From Patellaria atrata CBS 101060 (Eukaryota), in contig MU006089.1 in the NCBI GenBank assembly GCA_010093705.1, positions 1,909,561-1,973,560 on the forward strand: DNA of 64,000 nt. The letters run 5' to 3'. How positions within the stretch are numbered: position 1 is the stretch's first letter; each line of letters begins with the position of its first letter. The notes under the pieces are model-generated. The model saw nothing but the letters and a program-made list of their open reading frames with translations. It was not told the origin of the DNA and did no database searches. The translations under genes and the position numbers were made by a program. Shown in pieces: positions 51,411 to 64,000 of the stretch.

Positions 51411-52595
51411 CTAAAATCGTCCCTCATATATTTTCTTCGCTTTACCTTCAACCACGTCCTTCATCAAGGTCTCAAACCTGATTCCTTGATAATCTGGATA
51501 CAGCTCACTTGTTAGAAGGTAGCCTAACTTCTTCGCATTTTCCGGGGTGTTGTCCCCTTGGAGACCCCATGAATTCTGATACTGAGCTCCGACAAGACGA
51601 ATAATCTTGGGAATATCATGGGGATTCTCTGCTACATCTTTCTCAGCACTTTCTATCGTCTCAGCAATTGATTCTGCAGAAGTCTGTTGACGGAATCAGT
51701 CCGGGCGCAAAAATCTAGGCAGAACTGGACGGATCTCACATATTTTGGCTCGATCTTTTCACCACTTATCCTTTCCGAAATTTTCATCTGCTCATTCGGA
51801 GTCAAAACTTCCGTGTAAGCTAGGACTTGTTGATTCAATGTCCGTGGATCTCCGATTATCCTTGCAACGTAGTGACCGATATCCTCCTTATTCGTCAATG
51901 CACTAGGGACGTTTCCATCACCTAGGAGCGTGTTAGACGGTGCAAATGCCAACAGCATATAGTCCGTTCGACCAGATAGAAGCTTTGGTATTGTAAGTTG
52001 TTGCCACCAGCCAACGTCGATTTTGGTGTAAGGGAGTCCGATCTTCTTAATATGGTCAAGGATAGCCCATTTCTGATAGATATCAGCCGTCATCATGAAA
52101 GGACAAAATAAGGATTAAAAGTAAATTCAAGTGGACCGTTATATGGGAAGCCTTGATACTCACCTTATCCCCTAGGATATTCCTTCCTCTAGGAAGAACT
52201 GGTCCCCACCAACATGGTACAAAACGCTTGACTCCGGCCAACTTGCAAGCATCTGCAAGAACAAAATCGAGATCAAGCGTGAATGGAAACATTGAAGATA
52301 TCACAACATCATTCCCTGAGAGAGCCTTAACGAGGTCATCTTGCGAACCGGTGACGTCTCCTGGGATAGTTTTGACACCGCTTTCTTTCAAACTAGTAGC
52401 AGCAGGTTTATCCATGGATCCCGGCCGAACAAGTGCTGAGATATCCTGTAATAGGGTTCCTTTAGCTTGATCATGATCGCTCGCTCGGTGTTTACAACTC
52501 ACATATTTGGGATCTTTTGACGCCAGCAACCCTTGAACAATGGCGGATCCTGTCTCGCCTGTGGCTCCAACGAGGAGAACCTTAATGTTGGCCAT
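51411..52595 (-). CDS. NmrA-like / isoflavone-reductase-family NAD(P)-binding protein (4 exons)
   Basis: VLLVGATGETGSAI Rossmann motif, AGVKRFVPC, LPYTKIDVGWW, DIGHYVARIIGDPRTLN; last exon SWGLQGDNTPENAKKLGYL...GRF*. Confidence 0.88.
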
Positions 52596-53480
52596 TTCGA
52601 TCAATTGCGTAGTAAGAATGTTCTCAATTCAAGATTTGCTACTGCAGAAGTAGAAAAGAAAGCTCAATGGCTAATTGTTCATCTTATATAGTTATTATTC
52701 TTCCACAATCCCACTATTTTGGATGGTCACATCCAGGAACATTCTAGACAGGAACAACACAACGAACTAGGGGCGCCATGAATAGAAGAATGCATATGGA
52801 TAACATTACTACCACTTTCATCTTAGTAGGGTGGGGTTCTCTAACTTCTAACCTCATAAGTCATATCTTACTTCAGCAGATCCATCCGCCAATTTTCGTC
52901 CGAGATATCAGAAAGTACTAATAAGGTAAACGGTAGGGCGGCTATCCGTTTCCGAACCTCCTCACATTGCGTATACGCTCATTCACAACTGAGTTAACGG
53001 ATATAAACGATAAACTTCTTTGAATTCGTCAGCTTTGTGAGTATTCTACTCTCGCCGAGGTCAATATGCACTATGTTTTGTACTCGGAGTTTCGGTTCGT
53101 TGTGTGGTTAGGAGCGTTCACCAAACCTTCGCTTTGTCCTGCATCCGATTCCGTGCTATACCAAGTAGCGCTCTTATAGAATGTAACTAGGGAGATCTCC
53201 CTACAGTCATTTTTTTATAGCTCTTCTCCTGTTAATAATCTCATTCATGATCTATGTTCTGTGTCAATTGCTTCTTACCGTTCAGCACCATGAAGCGAAG
53301 AGTTCTCGAGCATTACACATGGATTATCGTATGCACCATCCCTGTCAGGGAGGTATTTCCCCATATTGAACGTCTGCGAACGAGAAGTCAATTTTGAATT
53401 GGCGTGAAACGCGCCCTAGGGATAAAAAGATAGAAGGAAAAGAAACATATCTCTGTTGATACTAAGTCTCGTCTAGTATA

Positions 53481-53595
53481 CGCAGTATCCTGCTTAAGCA
53501 ATATCCTATTTAAGCAATATCCCACTTAAAGCAATATCCTACCTCAGGTAAATAATATCTCATCTAAATAATATCCTACTTAAGTAATATCCTCC
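53481..53595. repeat. Degenerate ~16-17 bp AT-rich minisatellite (TAAGCAATATCCTAYT-like), about 7 copies
   Basis: Repeated AATATCC/AATATCT cores: taagcaatatcctatt, taagcaatatcccact, aaagcaatatcctacc, aaataatatcctact, taagtaatatcctc. Confidence 0.8.
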
Positions 53596-54090
53596 AATTT
53601 CGTCAGACCTCTTATTAGATATTTGTTTCATATCAAATTAGTTTACTCTCTGGGTCGATGGGTAAGGGACGGAGACCAACTGAGAAGAGATTCACGATCA
53701 AGACATCTTATCGTCAAAATCCCGATTAGAAAATCCACCATTTTCCGTTGGATGTCTTGGAATAAAAATCCAGTTCCAGACTAGTCTGAAACACAATCGA
53801 CTGAATTGAAAACAGAGCCGATAATCTCGGTATGCTGGAGCTAATAGCTCGATTAGGCAATATCTCTTCATCTCTTCGAATGTCTACGAAGCCTAACTAG
53901 TTTTGAATCAGTTGTAACTTATCCCTGAGGATGAGCCCTTTGATGGGGGAAAGGGGAAAGGGAGGGAAAGAGGGGGAATGAGAATTCTTTCCTAATATAG
54001 ATAATGGACTGGAAATGTCATAACCAGGGAAATATGCATGCTTTAAAACCATAGCCAAAGTCATTTTAACATGTTCATACCGCTCCAACC

Positions 54091-55048
54091 TCAAGAATTC
54101 TCCTTTCGCACCTCACCCAGAAGCATCATCCGCTTCAACCACCTTTCAAAACTCCCCTCGCCGACACTCTTGCTAAACGCAATCCACGCCGCATACGCCA
54201 TACTCCCCGGATGGGGACAATGCTCCACGATCGCCTTGACCCTCAGCACCTCCAACCCCCTTACCCCCGGAGCCTCACCCCCTCCAACCAACTCCTCCAC
54301 CCACTCCATCGGCAACCCAAAAAACCCATACCCATTCGCGCTCCTTACAGTCCCCTTCTCCCCGAACCGCCTCACCCCCTCCCACCACCTCTCATAATCC
54401 CCCACAGTAAACCCCTCCACGCCATCCCACCCGTCCGGGCCCGGCATCCCCGCCACAACGGCGATGTCCAACTCCCTCAGCCCAGGTAGTCCAGCGATCC
54501 CCCTCACGGCGGCCCTCCACTCCGCCCGATCGAACTCCCGCTCGTACGCCAACGCGCCCTTCACGACCCCGACCGCGCGCACCGCTGCCCGCGACAGGGG
54601 CGTGAGGTCCGATAAAAACGGCACGACGGCCTCGACGTGCGGGCCGAAACTGAAGCGCCACCGCCCGTAGAGCAGCGGTGCCGCTTCGGCGTGGCATTGG
54701 CGGCACGACTGCAGGATCGAGGGCCAGAGACCCGGGTTCGAGGTTAGGGCGTAGGTTGTGCGGGCGGCGCGGGCGTGCTGGGCGTCGGCGCGGGTTGTGT
54801 AGGTGCGGCGAAGGCGGCGGGGGGAGGCGTGCGGGTTGGAGGGGTGGTAGAGCGGGTCGACGGTGCGGAGTTCGAGGGTCGGGAGGGTGGTTTCGGAGGA
54901 AGGGGTCGAAGGGGNNNNNNNNNNNNNNNNNNNNNNNNNNNNNNNNNNNNNNNNNNNNNNNNNNNNNNNNNNNNNNNNNNNNNNNNNNNNNNNNNNNNNN
55001 NNNNNNNNNNNNNNGGCGGAGGAAGGGGCCTTGGTGTTTTGTTGACAT
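54091..55048 (-). CDS. Hypothetical protein with F-box-like N-terminus (PFLR...; ILQSCRQCHAEAAPLLYG), interrupted by an N gap
   Basis: MSTKHQGPFLR before the gap; after it an open frame ...WPSILQSCRQCHAEAAPLLYGRWRFSFGPHVEAVVPFLSDL... to stop 54091. Confidence 0.7.
54915..55014. other. Assembly gap (100 N)
   Basis: Run of n. Confidence 1.
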
Positions 55049-56007
55049 TTTTCGTAAAGCGGGCTTTAGACGTTTTTGGTTTATGTTAGATGAAGCTGAG
55101 GAGAGGAGGATCTGGGTTTGGTTTGTGTGGGTGTTTGCTTTTGAGGTGGAGGAAGGATGAGAGGGAGGATGTGCTCTCTTGTAGTTCTGGCGAGTATTAA
55201 GGTTGAGAAGCAAGAATATAATATCGGAATTGAAATGTTTTCGAGAGTTTGTATTTTCTAAGGGAAAATGCCGCTTTGGGTTATTGTGTGGTGGTTCATC
55301 AGGGTACTTGAACAGTACCTGAAGCCATCACGGTGCTACCCCATAGGTAAGGCTATCATCACCTCACTCCTCTCGTCTAGACCTTCTCCACCTTGTCCTA
55401 CTCAGCTATAACCTTCTTTTCTACTTCAATGCACCCTACTCCTCCAGCTCCAGTAATGAGATTCTTGAGACTGGACTGAATGGGGAATGCTCTTCTCGTT
55501 TTGACGTGGGAAGGTATATGATGACGGGATCGACACTAAAAAAATGTCACTGCAACGGTTATTCCTTAGTGGAAAGAAACATCAGGCACAAGATCCAGCG
55601 GAGATCCGGAAATTTACAAGAATTTGTAGTATACGTTGAGTTGAATTGTCAAGACGGGACTGCGTTGACAAAAAGAGATATTCAGTAAGGGAAGAGTTTG
55701 CTCACGAAATTTATACTAAGAAAATATAGTATAACGTGGAGTAAGATAGCTCTTATGATGAAGAACAAAAACCCAACTCAGTAATAAAGTAATAAAATCT
55801 TCAACCGATCAGATTTACTCATGTGCCATTAAGTTTACAGAAAACGTACAGTAACCTAGGAACTCCCACCATAAAGGGAGGGATATAACGCCGCTAGACT
55901 ACAAATGCATTCATTTTACCTCGACCGCCCAATATTGCAACGTTCGTTATGTTTGACTCACACTAACCATAACCACTTATGCTTCATCACCATGAGTAAA
56001 TAATAGC

Positions 56008-59000
56008 TTATGCTATCTCACCTTGCGATAACCTTTCTTCCATTATCTTCACCAATATCGGGGGAACACCTTCATCTGTTGCCCGGATTGTCAGTCGATA
56101 CATCTGTCAAATGATTAGCATACGGCCTCATAGCAAAAAGTGTGGAGTGAGTACACACCTTTGTCTCGAAATTGGGTTCCAGGCGCAATAAACACCCAAA
56201 TTTGCCCTCAGTGGTATGCAAAACAGTAGCACCAACGATATTCTTCGAATTCGGATCAACTCCATCCAGGATACCCCACTTGAAGCCCTCAACTATCTTC
56301 CTCGTTCCTGCCACGCTCATGGGTCTGCCCATATTCACCAAGCCGAAAACACGCTGGGACTCCCGCGGAGCTCCACCGATCTGTTTCCACCTCTTGAAGA
56401 AATCGTCAGACGACAACTGCGCAGCATCCATATACTTATGCAACACCACCGGAAGTTGAAGCGTCAATGCTTGCAACGCACCGGCTAGATACGTTATACG
56501 TATCGTCGGTGCTTCCCAGAATATCGATCTCATCTCGAACATAATCATCTGCTGTGTCTGCTGGTCCGGCGGGATACTCGATTCGGGTAAGCTCTTGATA
56601 TCCGACTTGAGCTGCGTCACGGAGGGATTATCCAGAGTTGTGGTAAAAGCGTTCATTTGAGATGAACCTTTGTTGGTGAAATAGAGGATGAGACACCCTA
56701 GTTCGCTGCGGTATTCAGATCGTAAACCGATTTGGATTTGTACATCTTCGTAGAGGACACCTTCTGCTCGAAGGAGTAGTCGGTTATAACCAGCCTCCCA
56801 ATCCGGACTGAGATGGGCAGCGCTGGCCAAGTTGGGGGGCTTGAGGACCTTGTTGGTATCGATATTCATATCTAGACCTGCGAGGTCTGCGGAACCGCCT
56901 TGGGCTGTGCCATTTGTTCCATTTGTACCGTTTGTACCGTTAGAGTTCTTGGTGCCATTGTTGTTTTGTGCATTAGCTGGTGTGACGTTGGTGGTAAACG
57001 TCCTCTTGAGACCCGTATTCTGGACGAGATTGAACTCCTTGGGATCCGAGTTTGCGTCTCTTCCACCCACGACCCAGGTGCGCTTATCGCTTGTGCCTGC
57101 ATGTTTCTGATGCAGTCTAGAGAGAAGCGCAGACGCTCGTTCCGGGAAGGGAGGCATTTCGTCACATACCGTTCGGAGTAAATCGTCAGTGGGTAATGTT
57201 GCAAGTGCCAAGTACTCGCATGCTCTCTGTTGTAGCTCCGAGTCCAATGTGTGACTATAGAATTTGAAAACTTCAAGCAATTGGGGCTTGATTTCGGGAA
57301 ATAGATTGACGAATTTGACGAATGACGATAGGAGGATTGCTTTTGTGCTATGTGTGCAGCCTTGCAATTTCCCTCGTAAAGCGAGCAATTGCTCGATTGG
57401 GCTGCATCCTTTGTTATCTGCGATGAGATGGCCAAATTCACCGAGTAAGTATCCCCCAATTTTGACCAAAGTCTCGTGACAATGGTCTGACTTTACATAC
57501 TGTAAGATATTGGTCGCTGCATATACTTGCAATTCGTCGTTGTTCGTTACGATTTGAATGACTCGCTGCCAGACCTCATCACTGACGTGATCGCCAGCCA
57601 TCGCAATCAGCCGAAGTGATATATCAACATACCACTGTACATCTGTGGCGTACTTTTCGGTGAGAATTGCAATTTTGAGTACCATCTCTTCTCTGATAGC
57701 ATAATCGGCCGTCTGTAGATACTTGAGAAGTTCTGAAACGATAGGTTGTGAGTTGGTTGGATCGCACATACTATACAGCAAGTCGAGACCTTGTCGACGC
57801 ACGCTAATATCACGGTCTCTAAGTGAGCCGATGATAATGCTCTGGTGCCGCTTGATAGGATCGAGCGTCTCTGCTCGCGCGGCAAGATGGGTCATCGCTT
57901 CTAGACCAAGGTAACGAACATTTGTTTCTCGCGATTGTATGAATTTACCGAGCCTGGACGAAATCTGTACCATAAGATCGTGTTCTGTATCTAGATGAAT
58001 TGTAAGATTGATCGCCTCGAAAAGAACCGCATTTTGAGCATTATTCTGCTGAACATTCTTCGGCATCTCCATTGCAGAGTCTAGGACTTTTTGGATAGTT
58101 TCTCTAATGAGATTTCGTATATGGGTATCCTCTGTTCTTGTTAGAAGGTAGACGTAGAGTGAAGTTGGAATTAAGACTTACCTGTTGGCGGATAATATTG
58201 TAAGAGTCTCAAGAGCTTCACCTGAATCCACGGACAAGGTACCTTGTAATACAGGTAATCAGGAGGGCATTCGCCTGGAATAGTCACAATGTGATTTAAG
58301 CGTCTAGCAGCTTTGATATAGCTTCCTTTGTACTGATCAGGGTTGTCCTGCACCAGTGCCATAACTAGCGAAGTCACTGAAAGTGCTACACCCAAGTCTG
58401 GGTCGTCCATCAAGGATATTATTCGCTCAGCCCACTCCTGCTGAATAATGCCGGGAAACTTTCGATATAACCGGAGTAATGTTAGAGCCGCCTTCTTCTT
58501 CACGAATGCTTTAGATGTACTTCATCCATATCAGCATAAGTAAAGGGTGAATGAGTGACAGACGTACGGTGAAATAAGTAATCGGTGAACATCCTGACTT
58601 AATGCCTCACCCATTTCTTTCCCTCCGACATTAGCAATTGCATGCAACGCGAGACAGTTATTCAGCTCATTGTGATCTAGAAGATCCTTTCTTATACTAT
58701 TCACGACAAGATGTAAGAGTTCGTGTTCTTCGTGTAGGAACAGTGTGACAGCAAGGTATCCTATTTGCTTCTCTGAGTACTTGCTCGCTGAAATAAGATT
58801 GACAGCCTCGAGGTGGCCGAAATCGACATTCCATCCCAGGATGTATATGTACAAGAGCTGAGAGTATACTCGTAAGCAAAGATGGCCACTTGAAGCACTT
58901 CAGATACGTACCTTGCAGACATATTTCTTTTTCGAGTAGCCATTGAGATTGCCGTCTGAAATAGGAGGTCAGTCAATGAAGCGCATCAAAAGCGGACCAT

Positions 59001-59302
59001 GGTATCACACCTTTGAATTTTTGCCTATTGAGACGAAACTCAGCATCACTTCAAGGATTCAGTAAACATGGCTGCTCACCGTATGTTGGCTAGTTCCTTG
59101 TTTATTCGCTTTTCCTCCAACTCCCTAGCTCTTGCGTTGCGCAAATCTGCAATGAACGATACCAATCCTTATCACAAACATTAGCCTCCATATTCATAAA
59201 TTTTGTCCCCAATGATCTCGTCCTACCACGCATCGTATTCACATTGCCCGAATTGTTCCGGCTGAAGAAGCCACCGCCGCCGCTCCCCGCCGATGAAGCC
59301 AT
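56008..59302 (-). CDS. APL3: AP-2 adaptor complex alpha subunit (multi-exon)
   Basis: MRG/LVSFIADLRNARARE, YIYILGWNVDFGHLEAVNL, YSEKQIGYLA, VKKKAALTLLRL, NVRYLGLEAM, ELQQRACEYL and an appendage domain; last exon MYRLTIRATDEGV...QGEIA*. Confidence 0.95.
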
Positions 59303-59967
59303 TGTGGAACGGACCTAGTATAATTTGAGGAGCTGGTGGTGAAAACAGTTGTCGTCTTGGAAAGGGGGAGGGTCGAAAAGATGGAACTGCGACTTCGTAA
59401 AAGTTCTTGTTAATGGTAGTGTTGAGGGGTTATGGAGTCGAGCAACTCCTCATCGCGGCATCAGTAGTCTTTCAGGACATGGCAAACGATTTGCTCTGTA
59501 CATGAAGTACAATGCTAACGAGAGGATGACCTAAGCGAAAGGTCGTAAATTGAGTTGGAAAAGGTAAATGACGAAACAATCGAAATATTGCAAAGCGGTC
59601 GAGTCTCCAATGCGGTACAGCTTTTGAAGCTCTCTTCCGTCGTTTCATTAGGGGAACGGCGGGCGGTAACCGGGATCAATTCAGGGCGCGTGCATGTTCG
59701 CTTTCGTTACAGAAGTGGTGGCCTCGGGGAGGGACCCTATGGCGGAACTTTTAAAACGTCAAACTGGCAGGAGCGGGCGGAAGCTTGGGCGAATGAACCC
59801 GCACTCCCAACGCGCAAAGTTTTGGCCCTTCAATCGCGGAACCTTCAGTCCCCACTGACAGCTTGTTCACCGCGCGGGGGATATGGCTTTCAACAACTTC
59901 TAAACGGTCTCTTTGTCTAAAGTACGCAATGTCTTCATCTCCGGTCCACATTTAAGTTTATTTACCG

Positions 59968-61764
59968 ATGCATCGCCTGACCATGCCAGTACCCATAACC
60001 CAAGCGCTTACAGGCCAGCATAGCAACCCAAATACTCCTTCAACCGCCAGAGTACGCGTACATATAACTCCCTTTAATCCCTCACTACAGAAGTACTTCT
60101 TACCACCAAACGTACTTCCTCTAGCCTCAAATATATCCTTTCATACCGTGCAGACTTTTCCCGAAAAGGGTTACGGCTACGTCGAACTTCCAGTCACAGA
60201 GGTCCAGAAGATGAAAAAGAAATTGAATGGTTCTATACTTAAGGGTTCAAAAGTAAGGATAGAGGAAGCAAAGCCAGAGAAGCGTAAAGCTGGCGACGAT
60301 GGAGTAGACGGGGAAGAGACGGCTGGTGCTAGCAAAAAAGCTAGGAAAGCAAAACCAGCAAAGGATGCGCTACCCGGTTATGAACTACCTGAGGGTAGAC
60401 AGGTAAAGAGAGGATGGACAGACCCAAAAGCGCACTCTAGCAGAGAGAAAGAAAGCAAGTCTAAGAAGTCCAGTAGTACTCCATCTCGATACACGAGAGG
60501 TCCAGAATTACTCTTTCGTACGGACCTTCCCCCGAATAAATTGGCGGACGTCGTAGATGCGACGAAAAGCTCGAAATCAAAAGACAAATCCAAAAATCTT
60601 AACTCTAAGAAAGAAAGTCAATTAATCGTCCACGAATTTTCAAAAACTACGAAGCATGCGAGCTTTCTCAAGGAAAACCAGAGAATAAACGATAGCAAGA
60701 CAACGTTCGAGCATGTAGAGGGTAAGGGATGGATGGATAAAGATGGGAACATCGTGGAAGCTGAAGACGACCAACGACGGAGGTCTAAGAGAAAACTACG
60801 TGTGGAGAATCAAACCCAGGAAGAACAGAAGCCTATCAAAGTTATAGAGGGCAAAGTAAAACCAATTTTTAAGACAAATGGTACAGTAAACAAGGAAAGT
60901 GACCGTTCACGTTTAACTGCGGAGGTGAAGTCAGATGAGACAGAGGACGTATTAGACGCAAGTTCAGATGATAGCTCCTCAGTGGTGTCCTCAAGCGATT
61001 CTTCGGACAACAGCTCATCTGCGGGTTCTCCTGATGAAGTCTCCTCGGCTTCGGAGGACGAAAGTTCATCAGATGCAGAGGACGAGAGTTCTTCAGCATC
61101 AGAGGACGAAGACTCCTCGGCTTCGGAAATCGAAAGCGCCACTTTAAAATCGGCCCTAGCGCTACGGCAAGATGGCCCAAATAAACCCGCACTGGTAGTA
61201 ACGATAGAAACGTCTCTGGATGACCAACAAGATGCGGGAGATGGTACTATTCAGAAAGAGGTTCATCCCTTAGAAGCGCTATTTAAGCGACCAAAATTAC
61301 CTGGTGCTGGACGACCAGCTCCTATCAACACCGCCTTCAATTTCTTCGAGCATGAAGCTACAGATCCAGACATTACGGAAAATGCACCGCATACACCCTT
61401 TACAAGACAAGATCTCCATATCAGAGGCCTCCGAAGTGCTGCTCCAACTCCAGACACAGCTGCTATAGGAGGAAAATTTGCTATACCGTGGCGTTATGGC
61501 GGTGATGATGACCAGATTGACGAGGAAGATGAAGAAGACGACTCGTTCCAACCTGACGCCAATGCCACACCACTAGGAAAGAGACAACAGAAGCAGGAAG
61601 TGGACAATGATGATGTAGAGAATGGAGAGGAACAGTCAGAATTTGCCAAGTACTTCTGGGAGAAGAGAGGTGATTTGAACCGAAAGTGGAAGAAACGAAA
61701 ACGAGAGACGGAGAAGGCGAAACGCCAGAGGGAGAATAGGAGAATTGGGAAACGCATTGTCTAA
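59968..61764 (+). CDS. Hypothetical protein with N-terminal RRM-like domain, Ser/acidic tracts and basic C-terminus (probably nucleolar)
   Basis: RVHITPFNP...KGYGYVEL...KLNGSILKGSKVRIEEAKP; SSSASEDE repeats; FWEKRGDLNRKWKKRKR tail. Confidence 0.8.
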   Translation: MHRLTMPVPITQALTGQHSNPNTPSTARVRVHITPFNPSLQKYFLPPNVLPLASNISFHTVQTFPEKGYGYVELPVTEVQKMKKKLNGSILKGSKVRIEEAKPEKRKAGDDGVDGEETAGASKKARKAKPAKDALPGYELPEGRQVKRGWTDPKAHSSREKESKSKKSSSTPSRYTRGPELLFRTDLPPNKLADVVDATKSSKSKDKSKNLNSKKESQLIVHEFSKTTKHASFLKENQRINDSKTTFEHVEGKGWMDKDGNIVEAEDDQRRRSKRKLRVENQTQEEQKPIKVIEGKVKPIFKTNGTVNKESDRSRLTAEVKSDETEDVLDASSDDSSSVVSSSDSSDNSSSAGSPDEVSSASEDESSSDAEDESSSASEDEDSSASEIESATLKSALALRQDGPNKPALVVTIETSLDDQQDAGDGTIQKEVHPLEALFKRPKLPGAGRPAPINTAFNFFEHEATDPDITENAPHTPFTRQDLHIRGLRSAAPTPDTAAIGGKFAIPWRYGGDDDQIDEEDEEDDSFQPDANATPLGKRQQKQEVDNDDVENGEEQSEFAKYFWEKRGDLNRKWKKRKRETEKAKRQRENRRIGKRIV

Positions 61765-62865
61765 GCATCGTGAGATATGAAGGCGCTATCTCACAGTTGC
61801 TGCATGCATATGTAAGAGAATGTGAGCGCTTAGTTTTCAACTTCATTTCCCTTATTCGAGTCTAGCAAACGTGCTCAGGTGGTACTGTACTCTCGCCTGC
61901 TTTTCGAAAACATGCAACTACCTCAAGTTATGCTACGTTCGTACGTTCGTACGTTCGATATTATTCCTCCGAAAGTGTTGACTGTAGTATTGTGGCGTCC
62001 GATGGGCTATCTTCGAACTTCGGGCTGATCAGCGGCTCGGACCGGGGATGGCCTGCATGCCCTTTGATGGACAAAGCGTTGAAGTCGAGAACAGCGGAGA
62101 GTTGTTCATGCGAGATATTGGAGATCCGGTAATGATTGGTTAACCCCACACTCTTGCTAAGGTGCTAAGGTCGGTATTTGACAAGGCTGCACTTCTTCCT
62201 GCCTCATATTGCATAGCTTGCCCCGATATCAACACCACTATAATATATGAACATGGCGACATGCCCAATAATCTCTACTACAACCCCCCTCCTCAAGCAA
62301 AGCTTGGTCCAGCTAGTCTTCTCTTGTTTCCCTCATGATCTGTCATACAGGATACAACCTGCACTTCTCCGTTCCCTGCGTCCCTTGGTCGTCGACTCCA
62401 GTACTCTGGGTTCGGTCGAGACTTTTATTGCGCAGATGTTCGCTCTTCACTTTCCTATCCTGTCCTATATCCTCCTCAACGGTCAACTAGGGAAGTTACT
62501 ACTGAGTAGTATAGTGTACCGCTTACGGTAGTTCTTTATACGTCAAGGATCATCAAGGCCGCTACTAGAGCGGAGGTGGAAGGTGAGCTGCCCAGGCACA
62601 TGCCTGAACTGGGTCGATCGCACTTTCTCTCAATGACAGTGGTTGGCCAAATCTCAAAGAGAATGTCTTGACCGTTGTAGGAAGGTTCCCCCGTTGACGA
62701 CAACCATGACCGGGACGTATCATTCGTATCATTCTCCCTGTCACTTCCATTCGCGTACAGGGTAAGGTGTAGAGCTCTCTTTCCCTATCCAGATAAATAG
62801 ACCTTCATGCCTCATCTCATAACCCTCTTGACCTCTTCAGCAGTACCATCAAGCTCGCCGTCACC

Positions 62866-64000
62866 ATGAAGGTCCAATTTTTATCAACTCTCTTTGTATC
62901 TCTAGCAGCCGCTGCGGCGGTTCAGAAGAGAACCAACTATGGAGGCTACAAGGTCTTCCGTGTCGCGTACGGCTCGGATTCCTCAAGTGTAGATAACATT
63001 GTTTCATCTTTGTCTCTTCAAACCTGGAAAGCCGCCGCGAAGAACACGGGCCATGTCGACGTCGTGGTCCCCCCTGAGCAACTCGAGGCGTTCGAAGAGG
63101 CTACAGCCGATCTTGAAACCAGCGTGATGCACAAGAACTTGGGAGCTTCCATTGCCCAAGAAGAAGACTTTGGCGTCTATATCGGTATGTATATAGATCA
63201 GATCCAAGGAGTCGAAAAGAAGTTAACCACGTAACTCATATAGCCGGTTCCGCAAACTCAACTTGGTTCAACTCCTACCACTCCTACGCCGACCATCTCA
63301 CATTTCTAAACGACCTCAAGGCTCTCCGGCCTTCAAACTCCGAAATCATCACCGCCGGGACGTCCGTGCAAGGCCGTCCCATCACCGGCATCCACTTCTG
63401 GGGTAGCGGCGGCAAGGGCTCCAAGCCCGCCATCGTCTTCCACTCCACCGTTCACGCGCGCGAATGGATCACAACCATGGTCAACGAATACTTCGCCTAC
63501 ACCCTCCTGAGCGGCTACACCACCGACGCGACGATCAAATCCTACGTCGACAAATACGACTTCTACATCTTCCCCGTCGTGAACCCGGATGGCTTTGTCT
63601 ACACACAAACCAACGACCGCCTCTGGCGCAAGAACCGCCAAACCGTCTCCAGCAGCTCCTGCCTCGGCCGCGACATCAACCGCAACTGGCCCTACAAGTG
63701 GGACGTCCCCGGCGGCTCCTCGACCAGCCCCTGCGCCGAGACCTACCGCGGCCAAGCCGGCGGCGACGCCCCCGAGACAAAGGGCCTCAGCGCGCACGTC
63801 AACGCCCTCGCGAACTCGGCCCAGGGTCTCAAGCTTTTCATCGACTGGCATAGCTACTCGCAGCTCTTCATGACGCCGTACGGGTACTCGTGCAGCGCGC
63901 GCCACCCCAACGACGCCGAGCTCCAGTCTCTGGCCCGCGGTGTGGCGAACGCGTTCGCGGGCCCGTATGGCACGCGCTTCCAGTATGGGCCTATCTGCTC
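62866..64000 (+). CDS. Secreted M14A zinc metallocarboxypeptidase (prepro-enzyme; 3' end outside window); intron 63185-63243
   Basis: Signal peptide, propeptide YKVFRV, then HAREWI, NPDG, WRKNR, DINRNW and DWHSYSQ zinc/substrate motifs. Confidence 0.93.

Noticed and set aside
61934..61958. (TACGTTCG)x3 microrepeat
   Set aside because: Too short to interpret; probable slippage.
63333..63905. 190-aa antisense ORF
   Set aside because: Shadow of the GC3-rich carboxypeptidase coding strand.

Overview
Eukaryotic DNA from a filamentous ascomycete (Pezizomycotina). It has short GT-AG introns with CTRAY-type branch points and two 100-N scaffold gaps. Housekeeping genes: Whi3/Scw1-type RRM protein (5' truncated), mitoribosomal mS45 with an intronic box C/D snoRNA, SND2/TMEM208, APC/C Cdc27/BimA, a 7-exon Yra1/ALYREF-like RRM gene, DBP9, a velvet-like gene, a GT90/CAP10-like glycosyltransferase, arginyl-tRNA synthetase, an NmrA-like reductase, AP-2 alpha-adaptin and an M14 carboxypeptidase (3' truncated). 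The most unusual part is a ~12 kb accessory block (12.8-24.9 kb). It holds two divergently transcribed gene pairs in mirror arrangement, each a DUF6590-type gene (motifs reminiscent of PemK/MazF) head-to-head with a member of one coiled-coil family; one partner appears pseudogenised with RIP-like changes. Other notable signals are a probable poison exon in the Yra1-like gene, a likely dual-targeted ArgRS, and repeated C-rich to G-rich strand-skew flips independent of gene orientation. All family assignments come from motif recognition by eye; no searches were run.
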